Assembly (NCBI GenBank): GCA_913040915.1
Contig: CAJWHW010000015.1
Span: 1 to 45,478, forward strand
Reading direction: 5' to 3'
DNA from: an uncultured Fidelibacterota bacterium
GTDB lineage: Bacteria > Fidelibacterota > Marinisomatia > Marinisomatales > UBA1611
Length of the DNA: 45,478 bases
Below are positions 31,432 through 41,002 of the stretch, piece by piece (position 1 is the stretch's first letter; every line of letters starts with the position of its first letter). The position numbers and the translations under genes were made by a program. Below the pieces are notes generated by a model. That model made no database searches. It saw only the letters and a list, made by a program, of their open reading frames with translations, and was not told the DNA's origin.

Positions 31432-32459
31432 GTTTAAATATAAAACCAAATATCGATTGGGATTCCCTGGGCTTTAATGTTACAAAAACAAAAAGTATGT
31501 TTCACTCTACTTGTGCCTTGGGTGAGAGATGGTCTGGTGGTGGTTTAATTCCTTATAGTAATATTTCTCTATCTCCTTTTGCAGGTGTCCTAAATTATGG
31601 ACAGGGTGTATTTGAGGGGGTCAAAGCATTTCACTCATTGAAAGGGAATGTGGTTCTTTTTCGGGCCGATATGAATGGAAAAAGAATGGCTTTTTCAACT
31701 AAACGAATTTGTATGCCAAAAATGGATCCAGATTATTTTCTGGAAGCTATTATAAAAACAGTCAAAGATAATATTGATTATGTTCCGCCTTATGGAAAAG
31801 GAAGTCTTTATATTCGTCCTGTTGTTTGGGGGACAGCGCCTATTCTAGGTGTAAGTCCAACATCCGAATATACTTTTATGGTTATCGTTACACCAGTGGG
31901 CCCTTATTTTAAAGGAGGCATTAAACCGCTTAATATAAAAGTGAATACCGATTACCATCGTGCAGCACCTAAAGGAATTGGAAATGCAAAAGCAATTGGA
32001 AATTACTCTGCATCTCTTTTCCCTCTTATGGAGGCAAAGACAGAAGGGTTTGATGAAAATATTTTTTTAGATGCAAAAGATGAAAAGTTTGTGGAAGAAT
32101 TAGGATCTGCAAATGTGTTTATTTATAAGGATGGAGTATTGATAACACCTGCCTTGAATGGATCAATCCTAGGTGGAATTACAAGACAATCAGTATGCCA
32201 GGTGGCATCAGATATTCTAGGAATTAAAGTTAAGGAAACCGAAATCACAATTGATGACCTTTTAAGTGCAGATGAAGTTTTTTGTACAGGCACAGCTGTA
32301 GTTATTACCCCAGTTGGAAAAATAACCTATCAAGGAACGACTACTGAGATTAATCAAAATCAAATGGGACCAATAGCAAAGAAAATAAGGGAAATGTTGG
32401 TAGGAATTCAGCGACAAGAGATTGAAGATCCATTCGGATGGGTTCTCCCTGTTAAATAA
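31428..32459 (+). CDS. ilvE: Branched-chain amino acid aminotransferase
   Basis: LNYGQGVFEGVKA, SLYIRP, AKAIGNY, ILGGITR and EVFCTGTA; GTG start. Confidence 0.93.
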   Translation: MSLNIKPNIDWDSLGFNVTKTKSMFHSTCALGERWSGGGLIPYSNISLSPFAGVLNYGQGVFEGVKAFHSLKGNVVLFRADMNGKRMAFSTKRICMPKMDPDYFLEAIIKTVKDNIDYVPPYGKGSLYIRPVVWGTAPILGVSPTSEYTFMVIVTPVGPYFKGGIKPLNIKVNTDYHRAAPKGIGNAKAIGNYSASLFPLMEAKTEGFDENIFLDAKDEKFVEELGSANVFIYKDGVLITPALNGSILGGITRQSVCQVASDILGIKVKETEITIDDLLSADEVFCTGTAVVITPVGKITYQGTTTEINQNQMGPIAKKIREMLVGIQRQEIEDPFGWVLPVK

Positions 32460-32467
32460 TAAGATCA

Positions 32468-32905
32468 ATGATAAGTTCAAAAACACATCCACGAAGATTC
32501 GCACGTGAGGGTGTATTGAAAGCTTTATACGCCCAACAGTTTTCTGATGATGAGTCTGAAATTGTTTTAAATAGAATAATGGCTTTATATCCTGAAAAGA
32601 ATAAAAATTCCGAATTTATTTCTTCACTTTTTCAGTGTGTATTGGATCATAAGGATTGGGCAGATGAAATTATTAAAAGTCACCTCCAAAATTGGGAATT
32701 TGATAGAGTGGCTCAAATAGATCAGATTTTATTAAGAATGGGCATCTGCGAAATATTTTATATGGATGAAATACCACCCAAAGTTTCTATTAGCGAAATG
32801 GTGGAAATTTCTAAAGTATATAGCACAGATGAAAGTTCAGGATTCATCAATGGGATTCTGGATGCGGTTTTTAAAGAATTTCAACAAAAAACAAGCATTA
32901 ACTAA
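32468..32905 (+). CDS. nusB: Transcription antitermination factor NusB
   Basis: RRFARE..LY, NWEFDR, IPPKVSISE and FINGILD. Confidence 0.95.
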   Translation: MISSKTHPRRFAREGVLKALYAQQFSDDESEIVLNRIMALYPEKNKNSEFISSLFQCVLDHKDWADEIIKSHLQNWEFDRVAQIDQILLRMGICEIFYMDEIPPKVSISEMVEISKVYSTDESSGFINGILDAVFKEFQQKTSIN

Positions 32906-32906
32906 A

Positions 32907-35900
32907 ATGATACTAACAAAATTATTTGGAACAAAATCTGATAGGGAGATCAAAAAACTTCGTCCTACACTAGAGAAAATCAACCAATTTTATGGATCAT
33001 TAAAAGATAAGTCAGATGATGAGTTGAGAGAGAAAACTGAAAGATTAAGGGAATTTGTTATCCATTCCAGGAAAGAAAAATTAGATTCTCTGTCAGTTGA
33101 TATAGATCGACAAGAGCGTGAAGCTGCTATTCTGAAATCAGAACAGGGTGCTTTGGATCTTATTATGGTAGAAGCATTTGCCATTGTGAAAGAAACATGT
33201 CGTAGGCTTTGTGGCTCCTCATGGCGTGTTTCCGGCCATGATACACTTTGGGAAATGATCCCTTATGATGTACAATTATTTGGTGCTATTGTTCTTCATT
33301 CAGGGAAAGTGGCAGAAATGAAAACTGGTGAAGGCAAGACTTTGGTCTCAACAATGCCAATTTTTTTAAATGCATTAACCGGTCGTGGTGTCCATGTAAT
33401 CACAGTTAATGATTATTTAGCTCAGCGTGATGCGGAATGGATGGGTGAGGTTTATAAACGACTTGGTTTAACCGTTGGATTTATTTTGAATTCAATGGAT
33501 AATACTCAAAGACGTGAGATGTATAACCGGGATATCACCTACGGAACAAATAATGAATTTGGGTTTGATTATCTTAGAGATAACATGGCACTCCAAAAGG
33601 AAGATAAAGTTCAGCGTGGTCATGCCTTTGCTGTGGTGGATGAAGTTGACAGTGTTCTAATTGATGAAGCACGGACACCTTTAATTATTTCTGGAGCTGT
33701 TGACGCACCAGTTGATGAAACTTTTACCACTTTGAAGCCTGGAGTTCAGCAACTAGTAAAAAAACAAACTTCTCTTGTTTCACAATTAGTCAGAGAAGCT
33801 CAAAAATTATTGGATGATGATGAAGATACAGCAGGATTGAAACTACTTCAAGCTCAGCGAGGGATGCCTAAACATCCCCAGGTAATGAAAATTTTCCAGG
33901 AATCTGGTATGCTAAAATTGGCTCAAAATATTGAATCTATCTATACACGTGATAAAAAAATGCATGAAGTTGACCAAGAACTCTATTTTGCAATTGAAGA
34001 AAAAAGCCATGTCATGGATATCACTGAAAAAGGTAGAAATTTATTGGCTCCAGATAACCCGGAAACTTTTGTAATTCCTGATTTAGGTGAGATGCTTCTT
34101 GAAATAGATGAGAGAGATGATTTTAGTCCAATTGAGAAAGAACAGAAAAAAGAAAAGGCTCATCAACTTCATGCGCAGAGAAGTGGGACAATACACAATT
34201 TCAATCAATTACTTCGAGCCTATACATTGTATGAAAAAGATGTAGAATATGTAATTCAGGATGGAAAAGTGATGATTGTAGATGAATTCACCGGGCGTGT
34301 TCTTCCTGGACGCCGTTACTCAGATGGGCTCCATCAGGCACTGGAAGCAAAGGAAAATGTTCGGATCGAGCGTGAAACACAGACACTGGCAACTATTACT
34401 ATTCAAAATTATTTCCGCCTATATGATAAATTATCTGGTATGACAGGAACTGCAGAGACAGAAGCAGAAGAATTGGGCTCTATCTACGGTTTAGATGTTA
34501 CGGTGGTACCGACTCATAGACTTATTTCCCGAGAAGACCATAATGATTTAGTTTATAAAACGAAGCGGGAAAAATATAATGCTGCAATAGATGAAATCAC
34601 AGAATGTCATCACCATGGGCAACCTGTACTGGTTGGGACTATTTCTGTGGAAGTATCTGAACTCCTTTCAAGGATGCTTAAACGCAATAATATTCCTCAT
34701 AATGTCCTAAATGCAAAACAGCATAAAAGTGAAGCAGAGATCGTCGCTCGTGCAGGACAAAAAGGTGCTGTGACTATTGCAACTAATATGGCTGGTCGAG
34801 GGACAGATATTAAGCTAGGGGATGGTGTAAAAGAATTGGGAGGACTCCATATTATTGGTACTGAACGCCATGAATCCCGAAGAATAGATTTACAATTAAG
34901 AGGAAGAAGCGGTCGTCAAGGCGATCCCGGTTCGTCGCGTTTCTATTTATCACTTGAAGATGATTTAATGCGACTTTTCAGCTCTGATCGGGTAGCATCT
35001 ATAATGGATCGTATGGGGATTGAAGAAGGTGAAGTGATTTCTGCAAAAATGGTTACGCGAGCAATTTCTAATGCACAGAAAAAAGTAGAAGTTCGAAATT
35101 TTGGTATCAGAAAGCATCTATTGGAATACGATGATGTAATGAATCAGCAGAGGCAAGTGGTTTACGATATTAGAAATCAGGCGTTATCTGGTAATGATAT
35201 GCAGGAAACAGTTACACAGATTATAGATGATTATATTATGGATGAAATTGAATTACAATCAAATAGCGGAGATCCAGATTTCTGGGATTGGGATCAATTA
35301 AAACAGTCCTTTGCATCCCATTTAATGGTAGATGCTTCTCTAGAAGGTATACAAAAGGAATTAGGTAAATCAGATTTAACTTCTGATGAAGTTGCAGACT
35401 GGGTGGTGGAAGAAGCTAAATCTGTTTATAAAGCTCGTGAGTCCTTATTGCCAGATGATGTCATGCGAGGATTTGAGAGATTCGTGATTTTGAGAACAAT
35501 TGATGATAAATGGAAAGACCATCTTTATGCTATGGATCAGTTGCGGGAAGGTATCAATCTTCGTGCTTATGGTCAAAAAAATCCACTGTTAGAGTACAAA
35601 TCAGAAGGATTCAAAATGTTTCAGGAGATGATGGCCGATATGAATTCTGTCACTGTTGAAAGGCTGTTTAGAACACAGATTCAAGGAATGGAACAACAGC
35701 AAGGTATCGAACAGAGATCAGTTCGGAATATGCAGACATCTCATCAGGACACTACCGGGATGGGATTTCAGGGCCAGACCCGAGGATCACAGCAGGCTAA
35801 TCAGCCCCAACAAGTTCGAACTCCGGTTGTTGCGGGGCAAAAGCATGGTAGAAATGAGAAGATCTTAGTTAAAGGACCAGATGGAAAACAGATAGAAATA

Positions 35901-35954
35901 AAATATAAAAAGCTTCAAAATTATTTAAATAAAGGCTACACCCAAGTTTCCTAA
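32907..35954 (+). CDS. secA: Protein translocase ATPase SecA
   Basis: Probable start MILTKLFG at 32907. EMKTGEGKT, VDEVDSVLIDEARTPLIISG, ATNMAGRGTDI and RGRSGRQGDPG. Confidence 0.97.
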   Translation: MILTKLFGTKSDREIKKLRPTLEKINQFYGSLKDKSDDELREKTERLREFVIHSRKEKLDSLSVDIDRQEREAAILKSEQGALDLIMVEAFAIVKETCRRLCGSSWRVSGHDTLWEMIPYDVQLFGAIVLHSGKVAEMKTGEGKTLVSTMPIFLNALTGRGVHVITVNDYLAQRDAEWMGEVYKRLGLTVGFILNSMDNTQRREMYNRDITYGTNNEFGFDYLRDNMALQKEDKVQRGHAFAVVDEVDSVLIDEARTPLIISGAVDAPVDETFTTLKPGVQQLVKKQTSLVSQLVREAQKLLDDDEDTAGLKLLQAQRGMPKHPQVMKIFQESGMLKLAQNIESIYTRDKKMHEVDQELYFAIEEKSHVMDITEKGRNLLAPDNPETFVIPDLGEMLLEIDERDDFSPIEKEQKKEKAHQLHAQRSGTIHNFNQLLRAYTLYEKDVEYVIQDGKVMIVDEFTGRVLPGRRYSDGLHQALEAKENVRIERETQTLATITIQNYFRLYDKLSGMTGTAETEAEELGSIYGLDVTVVPTHRLISREDHNDLVYKTKREKYNAAIDEITECHHHGQPVLVGTISVEVSELLSRMLKRNNIPHNVLNAKQHKSEAEIVARAGQKGAVTIATNMAGRGTDIKLGDGVKELGGLHIIGTERHESRRIDLQLRGRSGRQGDPGSSRFYLSLEDDLMRLFSSDRVASIMDRMGIEEGEVISAKMVTRAISNAQKKVEVRNFGIRKHLLEYDDVMNQQRQVVYDIRNQALSGNDMQETVTQIIDDYIMDEIELQSNSGDPDFWDWDQLKQSFASHLMVDASLEGIQKELGKSDLTSDEVADWVVEEAKSVYKARESLLPDDVMRGFERFVILRTIDDKWKDHLYAMDQLREGINLRAYGQKNPLLEYKSEGFKMFQEMMADMNSVTVERLFRTQIQGMEQQQGIEQRSVRNMQTSHQDTTGMGFQGQTRGSQQANQPQQVRTPVVAGQKHGRNEKILVKGPDGKQIEIKYKKLQNYLNKGYTQVS

Positions 35955-37117
35955 TGCCAAATAAAAATAGATTTGAAACAAAAGCGATTCATGTTGGGAA
36001 TAAACCTGATCAAGAATCTGGTGCAGTTTCTCCTCCCATCATGCTTTCTTCGACTTATGAGCAAATGGCTGTGGGAGACCATAAGGGTTTTGATTATTCC
36101 AGGGCCGTTAATCCCACTCGGACACGTTATGAAGAAAATATTGCATCTCTTGAAAAAGCAAATTTTGCTATTTCTTTTTCAAGCGGTATGGCTGCAATTA
36201 CTGCCCTTTTCCAAACCTTAAAAAAAGGGGACCATGTCATTATAGGTAAAAATGTTTATGGAGGCACCTACCGGATAGCGGTTACAGTATTAAAGACTCA
36301 TGGGTTCAAGTTTGATTTTGTAGATACTAAAAATATAGATTATCTTGAAAATGCTATCCAATCCAATACGAAATGGATATTTGTTGAAACTCCAACAAAT
36401 CCACTTCTCGAACTTTGTGATTTAGAAGCAACAGTAAATCTATGTAAAACAAAAAATGTTAAATTAGCAGTAGATAACACATTTATGAGTCCTTATGGCC
36501 AGTCACCCCTAACTTTGGGTGCGGATATTGTAATGCATAGTGCCACTAAGTTCATTGGTGGACATAGTGATATCCTTGGTGGTGTTTTAATTACAAATGA
36601 CAATAATTTAGCTGAAAGGTTATTTTTTATACAAAAGTCTGGCGGTGCAGTACCGAGCCCATTTGATTGTTGGCTGTTGCTTAGAAGTACAAAAACCATG
36701 GCACTGAGGGTTCAAAGACAATCTGATAATGCCCTTGAACTTGCAAATCGATTGAAATCCCATCCAAAAATCAAATCTTTAGTGTACCCTGGTCTCAAAA
36801 CGCACCCCCAATTCGAATTAGCAAAAAGACAGCAATTAAATCCTGTTGGTGATCCAATCTTTGGTAGTATGATTTCTTTATACTTGCAATCAATAAAACA
36901 AAGAGACCTATTTCTAAATAGAATCGAACTCTTTACCTTGGCTGAAAGTCTTGGTGGGGTAGAAAGTCTAGTTTGTATCCCCTATGAAATGACCCACGGT
37001 TCAGTTCCGCAAAATATGAAGGATGAAATTGGGTTATCTAAAAGTTTAATTCGATTATCAGTGGGGATTGAAAATGTGGATGATTTATTTGATGATTTAG
37101 CACACGCTCTAGATTAA
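35954..37117 (+). CDS. PLP-dependent transsulfuration enzyme (cystathionine gamma-synthase/lyase family)
   Basis: YSRAVNPTR, FSSGMAA, ETPTNP, VDNTF, HSATKFIGGHSD and AESLGGVESL. Confidence 0.92.
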   Translation: MPNKNRFETKAIHVGNKPDQESGAVSPPIMLSSTYEQMAVGDHKGFDYSRAVNPTRTRYEENIASLEKANFAISFSSGMAAITALFQTLKKGDHVIIGKNVYGGTYRIAVTVLKTHGFKFDFVDTKNIDYLENAIQSNTKWIFVETPTNPLLELCDLEATVNLCKTKNVKLAVDNTFMSPYGQSPLTLGADIVMHSATKFIGGHSDILGGVLITNDNNLAERLFFIQKSGGAVPSPFDCWLLLRSTKTMALRVQRQSDNALELANRLKSHPKIKSLVYPGLKTHPQFELAKRQQLNPVGDPIFGSMISLYLQSIKQRDLFLNRIELFTLAESLGGVESLVCIPYEMTHGSVPQNMKDEIGLSKSLIRLSVGIENVDDLFDDLAHALD

Positions 37118-37242
37118 TAAATTGTGAGTGAATTATCGGTAGAAAATCGTTATTTTTAATAAAGAAAAATGACTTTATCCTCTGGAGTAACCTTGGATTT
37201 TTGTCTAATTCAATATTTAGTATTTATGAGTCGGAGAACAAG

Positions 37243-40200
37243 ATGGCATTAAAGAGAACCAGTATTAAGAATATTTTTATTTCTTTTTTGCTTGCTGGAT
37301 TGGTATTTGCAAATGTAACTATTTCTTTAAGTGATGTTGAAGTTGATGGATATACAGAGAATATTGTAGTACCAGTCCACCTCAGTAATCCAATTAATGA
37401 TGTAGGTGGTTTTCAATTTGATATTATTTCCTTGCCCACATTCGTTGAACTTTCTGGTGTAACACCCATTGATGCTGAAAATTTTAATACAGACTATACT
37501 GTTTTTGATAATGGATCCGGTCGAGTAGTATTTTATTCCAATGACGGTAATGGCATAATTGCAGGAGGTGATAATGTTGTACTAAACCTCCATTTTTATG
37601 GCTCCGATGTTTTGTCAGCATTACTGGATTTAGATATGTACAATTTGGTTGTTAGTAATGAAGATGGTGACCTACTGGAAGGAACTGCTGAGAATGGATC
37701 TATCACTATTGGTCATATGGTATATTTAAGTGCTTCAACAGATACCGGAGATGTGAATGAGGAAGTATATCTTGATATTTATTTAGATAATCCTGGTATA
37801 GTGGGTGGTCTTCAGTTTGATATTTTTGATGCCCCTAATTATTTAGATGTAACCGATTTTGCAACCACGGACCGTTCAAATGGTTTTAGTGTTGATTTTA
37901 CGGAAATGGATAATGGGATGACGCGTGTCCTAATGTATAATGCTAACAATGAAAATATTCAAGCTGGTGATGGTTCAATTCTAAATATGACCATGACCGT
38001 ACACGAAAATGCATATAATTCCAACGTTGCTTTAAATTTTAAAAATGTGATCGTAACAGATGATATGGGTGGAACCTATTGGATAGCTGCTGCAGATTCT
38101 GGGACAGTAATAGTTACCCCTGGATACATTGAAGAGCCTCACAACTTGATTGCTCTTGATGGGGAGGATGCTCAGGTTGAATTAAACTGGAGTCCTCCAC
38201 AAGGCCCTGCATTTGTTTTCTTGGATGAAACATTTGATGAAGGATTATCAGATTCATGGACTATTGTGGATGGAGGAGATCAGGGGTTTACATGGGAATG
38301 GATAGAATCTTATGAATCTTTTTATGGTGCATCTACATTGGATGGGACTCCTTTTTTATATTGTGATGCAGATGCCGCTGGTTCTGGGTCTTGGTTTGAT
38401 GATGAGTTGGTTTCCCCAGTATTTCCTACATCAGGAGAATTATTTTTATCCTTTGATCACTTTTATGTTGATTATGCTTCTGATAATGTTGCCTCAATTG
38501 CTAATGTTGATGTATGGAATGGTACACAATGGGTGAATGTTTATCAGGTTTCAGAAAATGGACTTACCTTAGGTGCCTGGGATACACCAGATCAACAAAT
38601 ATTGGATATTTCTAGTCATTCTAATGGTCAATTCAAACTTCGTTTCCATTATATTACAGATCCAACTTCTTGGGAATATTATTGGGCAATTGATAATATC
38701 CGTCTTGCAAATTATTTGCGAGACGGCCGTTACTCTGCTGTTTATGAATTGAGTCCTAGAGGCTGGAGTTTAATTAACCAAGGTACTCGTGAAGAAATGA
38801 AAAATGTCTTCAGTTCTGGAAATTGGCCCTATGCTTATTCCGATCCTGAGACCTTTGAAATAGTGGATAATTCTTTGTCGATAGAAAACCAAAATTCTCG
38901 TCCTATTGATATTGATGCATATAAAGTTTATCGTTCACTCAATGAAGCTGCTGGTTTTGAAGAAATTGCCGAAGTAGATGGTGGAATAACAACCTATCTT
39001 GATGATAATGTAGTTAATAGCACTACTTATTACTATTATGTCACTGCGATATATCCTGATGGCTCTGAATCTGGACCAACGAATACAGTTTCAGCTACAC
39101 CCGTAGAGTGGGTCGAATTATGGATGGATGACGGTGCATCCCTAACAGGTCAGATGGATACATTGGATTTTTATATTAATAATGAATCTGATCTCGGGCT
39201 ATTTTATTTTGAGATTTTAGATTATCCAGATGTAATAAATAGTATAAATATTTTCCCAACTGAAAGAACTTCAAATTGGTCCATTGAAATTTCCGACCAG
39301 GGTAATGGTACGATTGCCATCACTGGGTTAAGCTTAGGTCCAGCCCTAACCTCGGGAGACGGAGCAGTATGCAGTGCAGTTTTATATCCTGATGCAGCGG
39401 AAGCAATGACTGTTTCATTATCCTATACCAGCTCAACGGCTGTACAGGATATGAATTATATCGATTTGAATTGGTACCCGGAAAGTGCCACTTATGATGT
39501 GGGCATTGAAACTCAATACTTACATTTTACTGGTGGTGCAGGTGAAGGTGGAAGCGAATTTTTATCATCAATTATTTTGGATAACACACAGCCAGTTTAT
39601 GCGATCCAATTAGATATTTCTGCTGACCCACCATTGATGATCGGGACAAATGTCATTCCCAGTAGTTCGCATGATTTCTCTAACTGGGATATTTCAGGTA
39701 CTGTGATTGGTAATTTTTACCGTTTAGTCATGATAGATAATTCTCAAACATCGCCTATTAATCCTGGCATGTCGCACATTGCAGATCTAACATTTGAAAT
39801 TGATGAAGGTGCGCCAGTGGATATGGATGTTGTCTTAGATATGATCGATGGTGAAATTTCAGATATTAATGGTTTACCAATGCATATGGAGTCAATACCA
39901 GGCCATGTTCATATGGGATTACCTGAGGTGATGTTTACAATTCAAAATGCTTCTGGAGTATTGGAGCCAGGCGGGGTGGGAACTTTTGAAGTCCATATGG
40001 ACAATACTGAATTAGTAGGTACTTTACAGTTTACATTAGCAGAAATGCCGGAAAATATTACAGTAACAAATGTATCTCAGGTTGACCGCTTTGCTGACGG
40101 TATCATTGACGGAAGTTCTGAGGAACAAGAAGATGGGACTTATTATTTCTTAGGTTTTGACTTCTCGACAGGAATTGAAGCTGGATCTGGACCCATACTT

Positions 40201-40644
40201 GAATTTGAAGTGCAATTTCCCGAAAATTTGAATAATTCTTCTATTTTTATGGTTCTAGACCCAGTAGCTGCTGGTGATGCAGGTGCAAACCCTCTAACAA
40301 CAATTTTCCACCACATTGGTCAATTTACTGGTTTCTTATCTCTAGATAATTCAGCTACAGTTCCGAATGAGTTTGCATTATATCCAAATTTCCCAAACCC
40401 ATTCAATCCAGCAACCATGATCACTTACGATCTTCCAAAAGATATAGATGTTCGAATTGAGATTTATGATATTATGGGTAGAAATATCAATACCTTAGTC
40501 AATCAAAATATGTCAGCGGGTCGTCATTTCATACCTTGGAATGCCACAGATATTTTAGGCAATCAAGTTAGTGGAGGAATTTATCTTTACAGATTGCAAG
40601 CTGGAGAGAATGTATTGACTAGAAAAATGATTTTAATGAAATAA
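37243..40644 (+). CDS. Large acidic secreted protein: five cohesin-like modules, a split FN3 with an inserted beta-sandwich, and a C-terminal FlgD-Ig/T9SS-type sorting-like domain
   Basis: GGAGA Shine-Dalgarno before ATG 37243 and a signal peptide ending LVFA. Recurrent N...VGG[FL]QFDI...P and I.AG.G.IL motifs. C-terminus NFPNPFNP...IYDIMGR...GIYLYRL...TRKMILMK. Confidence 0.8.
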   Translation: MALKRTSIKNIFISFLLAGLVFANVTISLSDVEVDGYTENIVVPVHLSNPINDVGGFQFDIISLPTFVELSGVTPIDAENFNTDYTVFDNGSGRVVFYSNDGNGIIAGGDNVVLNLHFYGSDVLSALLDLDMYNLVVSNEDGDLLEGTAENGSITIGHMVYLSASTDTGDVNEEVYLDIYLDNPGIVGGLQFDIFDAPNYLDVTDFATTDRSNGFSVDFTEMDNGMTRVLMYNANNENIQAGDGSILNMTMTVHENAYNSNVALNFKNVIVTDDMGGTYWIAAADSGTVIVTPGYIEEPHNLIALDGEDAQVELNWSPPQGPAFVFLDETFDEGLSDSWTIVDGGDQGFTWEWIESYESFYGASTLDGTPFLYCDADAAGSGSWFDDELVSPVFPTSGELFLSFDHFYVDYASDNVASIANVDVWNGTQWVNVYQVSENGLTLGAWDTPDQQILDISSHSNGQFKLRFHYITDPTSWEYYWAIDNIRLANYLRDGRYSAVYELSPRGWSLINQGTREEMKNVFSSGNWPYAYSDPETFEIVDNSLSIENQNSRPIDIDAYKVYRSLNEAAGFEEIAEVDGGITTYLDDNVVNSTTYYYYVTAIYPDGSESGPTNTVSATPVEWVELWMDDGASLTGQMDTLDFYINNESDLGLFYFEILDYPDVINSINIFPTERTSNWSIEISDQGNGTIAITGLSLGPALTSGDGAVCSAVLYPDAAEAMTVSLSYTSSTAVQDMNYIDLNWYPESATYDVGIETQYLHFTGGAGEGGSEFLSSIILDNTQPVYAIQLDISADPPLMIGTNVIPSSSHDFSNWDISGTVIGNFYRLVMIDNSQTSPINPGMSHIADLTFEIDEGAPVDMDVVLDMIDGEISDINGLPMHMESIPGHVHMGLPEVMFTIQNASGVLEPGGVGTFEVHMDNTELVGTLQFTLAEMPENITVTNVSQVDRFADGIIDGSSEEQEDGTYYFLGFDFSTGIEAGSGPILEFEVQFPENLNNSSIFMVLDPVAAGDAGANPLTTIFHHIGQFTGFLSLDNSATVPNEFALYPNFPNPFNPATMITYDLPKDIDVRIEIYDIMGRNINTLVNQNMSAGRHFIPWNATDILGNQVSGGIYLYRLQAGENVLTRKMILMK

Positions 40645-40665
40645 AATTATGATTACTCATACTTA

Positions 40666-40696
40666 AATAAAGCCCTACATAATGTGGGGCTTTATT
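40666..40696 (+). terminator. Intrinsic terminator
   Basis: AATAAAGCCCTACA-TAA-TGTGGGGCTTTATT, after the large secreted-protein gene. Confidence 0.75.
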
Positions 40697-40733
40697 ATTG
40701 TAACAATATTTAAGTTTGTGATAGAAAATTAAT

Positions 40734-40816
40734 GCCGCGGTGGTGGAATTGGTAGACACGCCAGATTTAGGATCTGGTGCACTTTGTGCGTGAAGGTTCG
40801 AGCCCTTTCCGCGGTA
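40734..40816 (+). tRNA. tRNA-Leu(UAG)
   Basis: GCCGCGG acceptor, GGAATTGGTAGAC D-arm, CCAGA(TT TAG GA)TCTGG anticodon arm, long variable arm and GGTTCGAG T-loop. CCA is not encoded. Confidence 0.96.
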
Positions 40817-41002
40817 CTTTGATACAATATTATTTTAATTTTGTTTGAATAAAGTGTTAAGAAAGGCAGATTTGATTAATTGGCGATGTAGTACTTTATA
40901 TAAATTTGAAAAATACTTAAGTCAGATAATTAAGAAGGTGTGCCAATTTTTATTCATGATGAAAAATGGTTAGATAATTATTATTTATGTAAAATTTTAC
41001 CA

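Noticed and set aside
32766..32906. 47-aa N-terminal extension of SecA overlapping nusB
   Set aside because: SecA homology begins at MILTKLFG (32907), right after the nusB stop; the extension is just an open frame.
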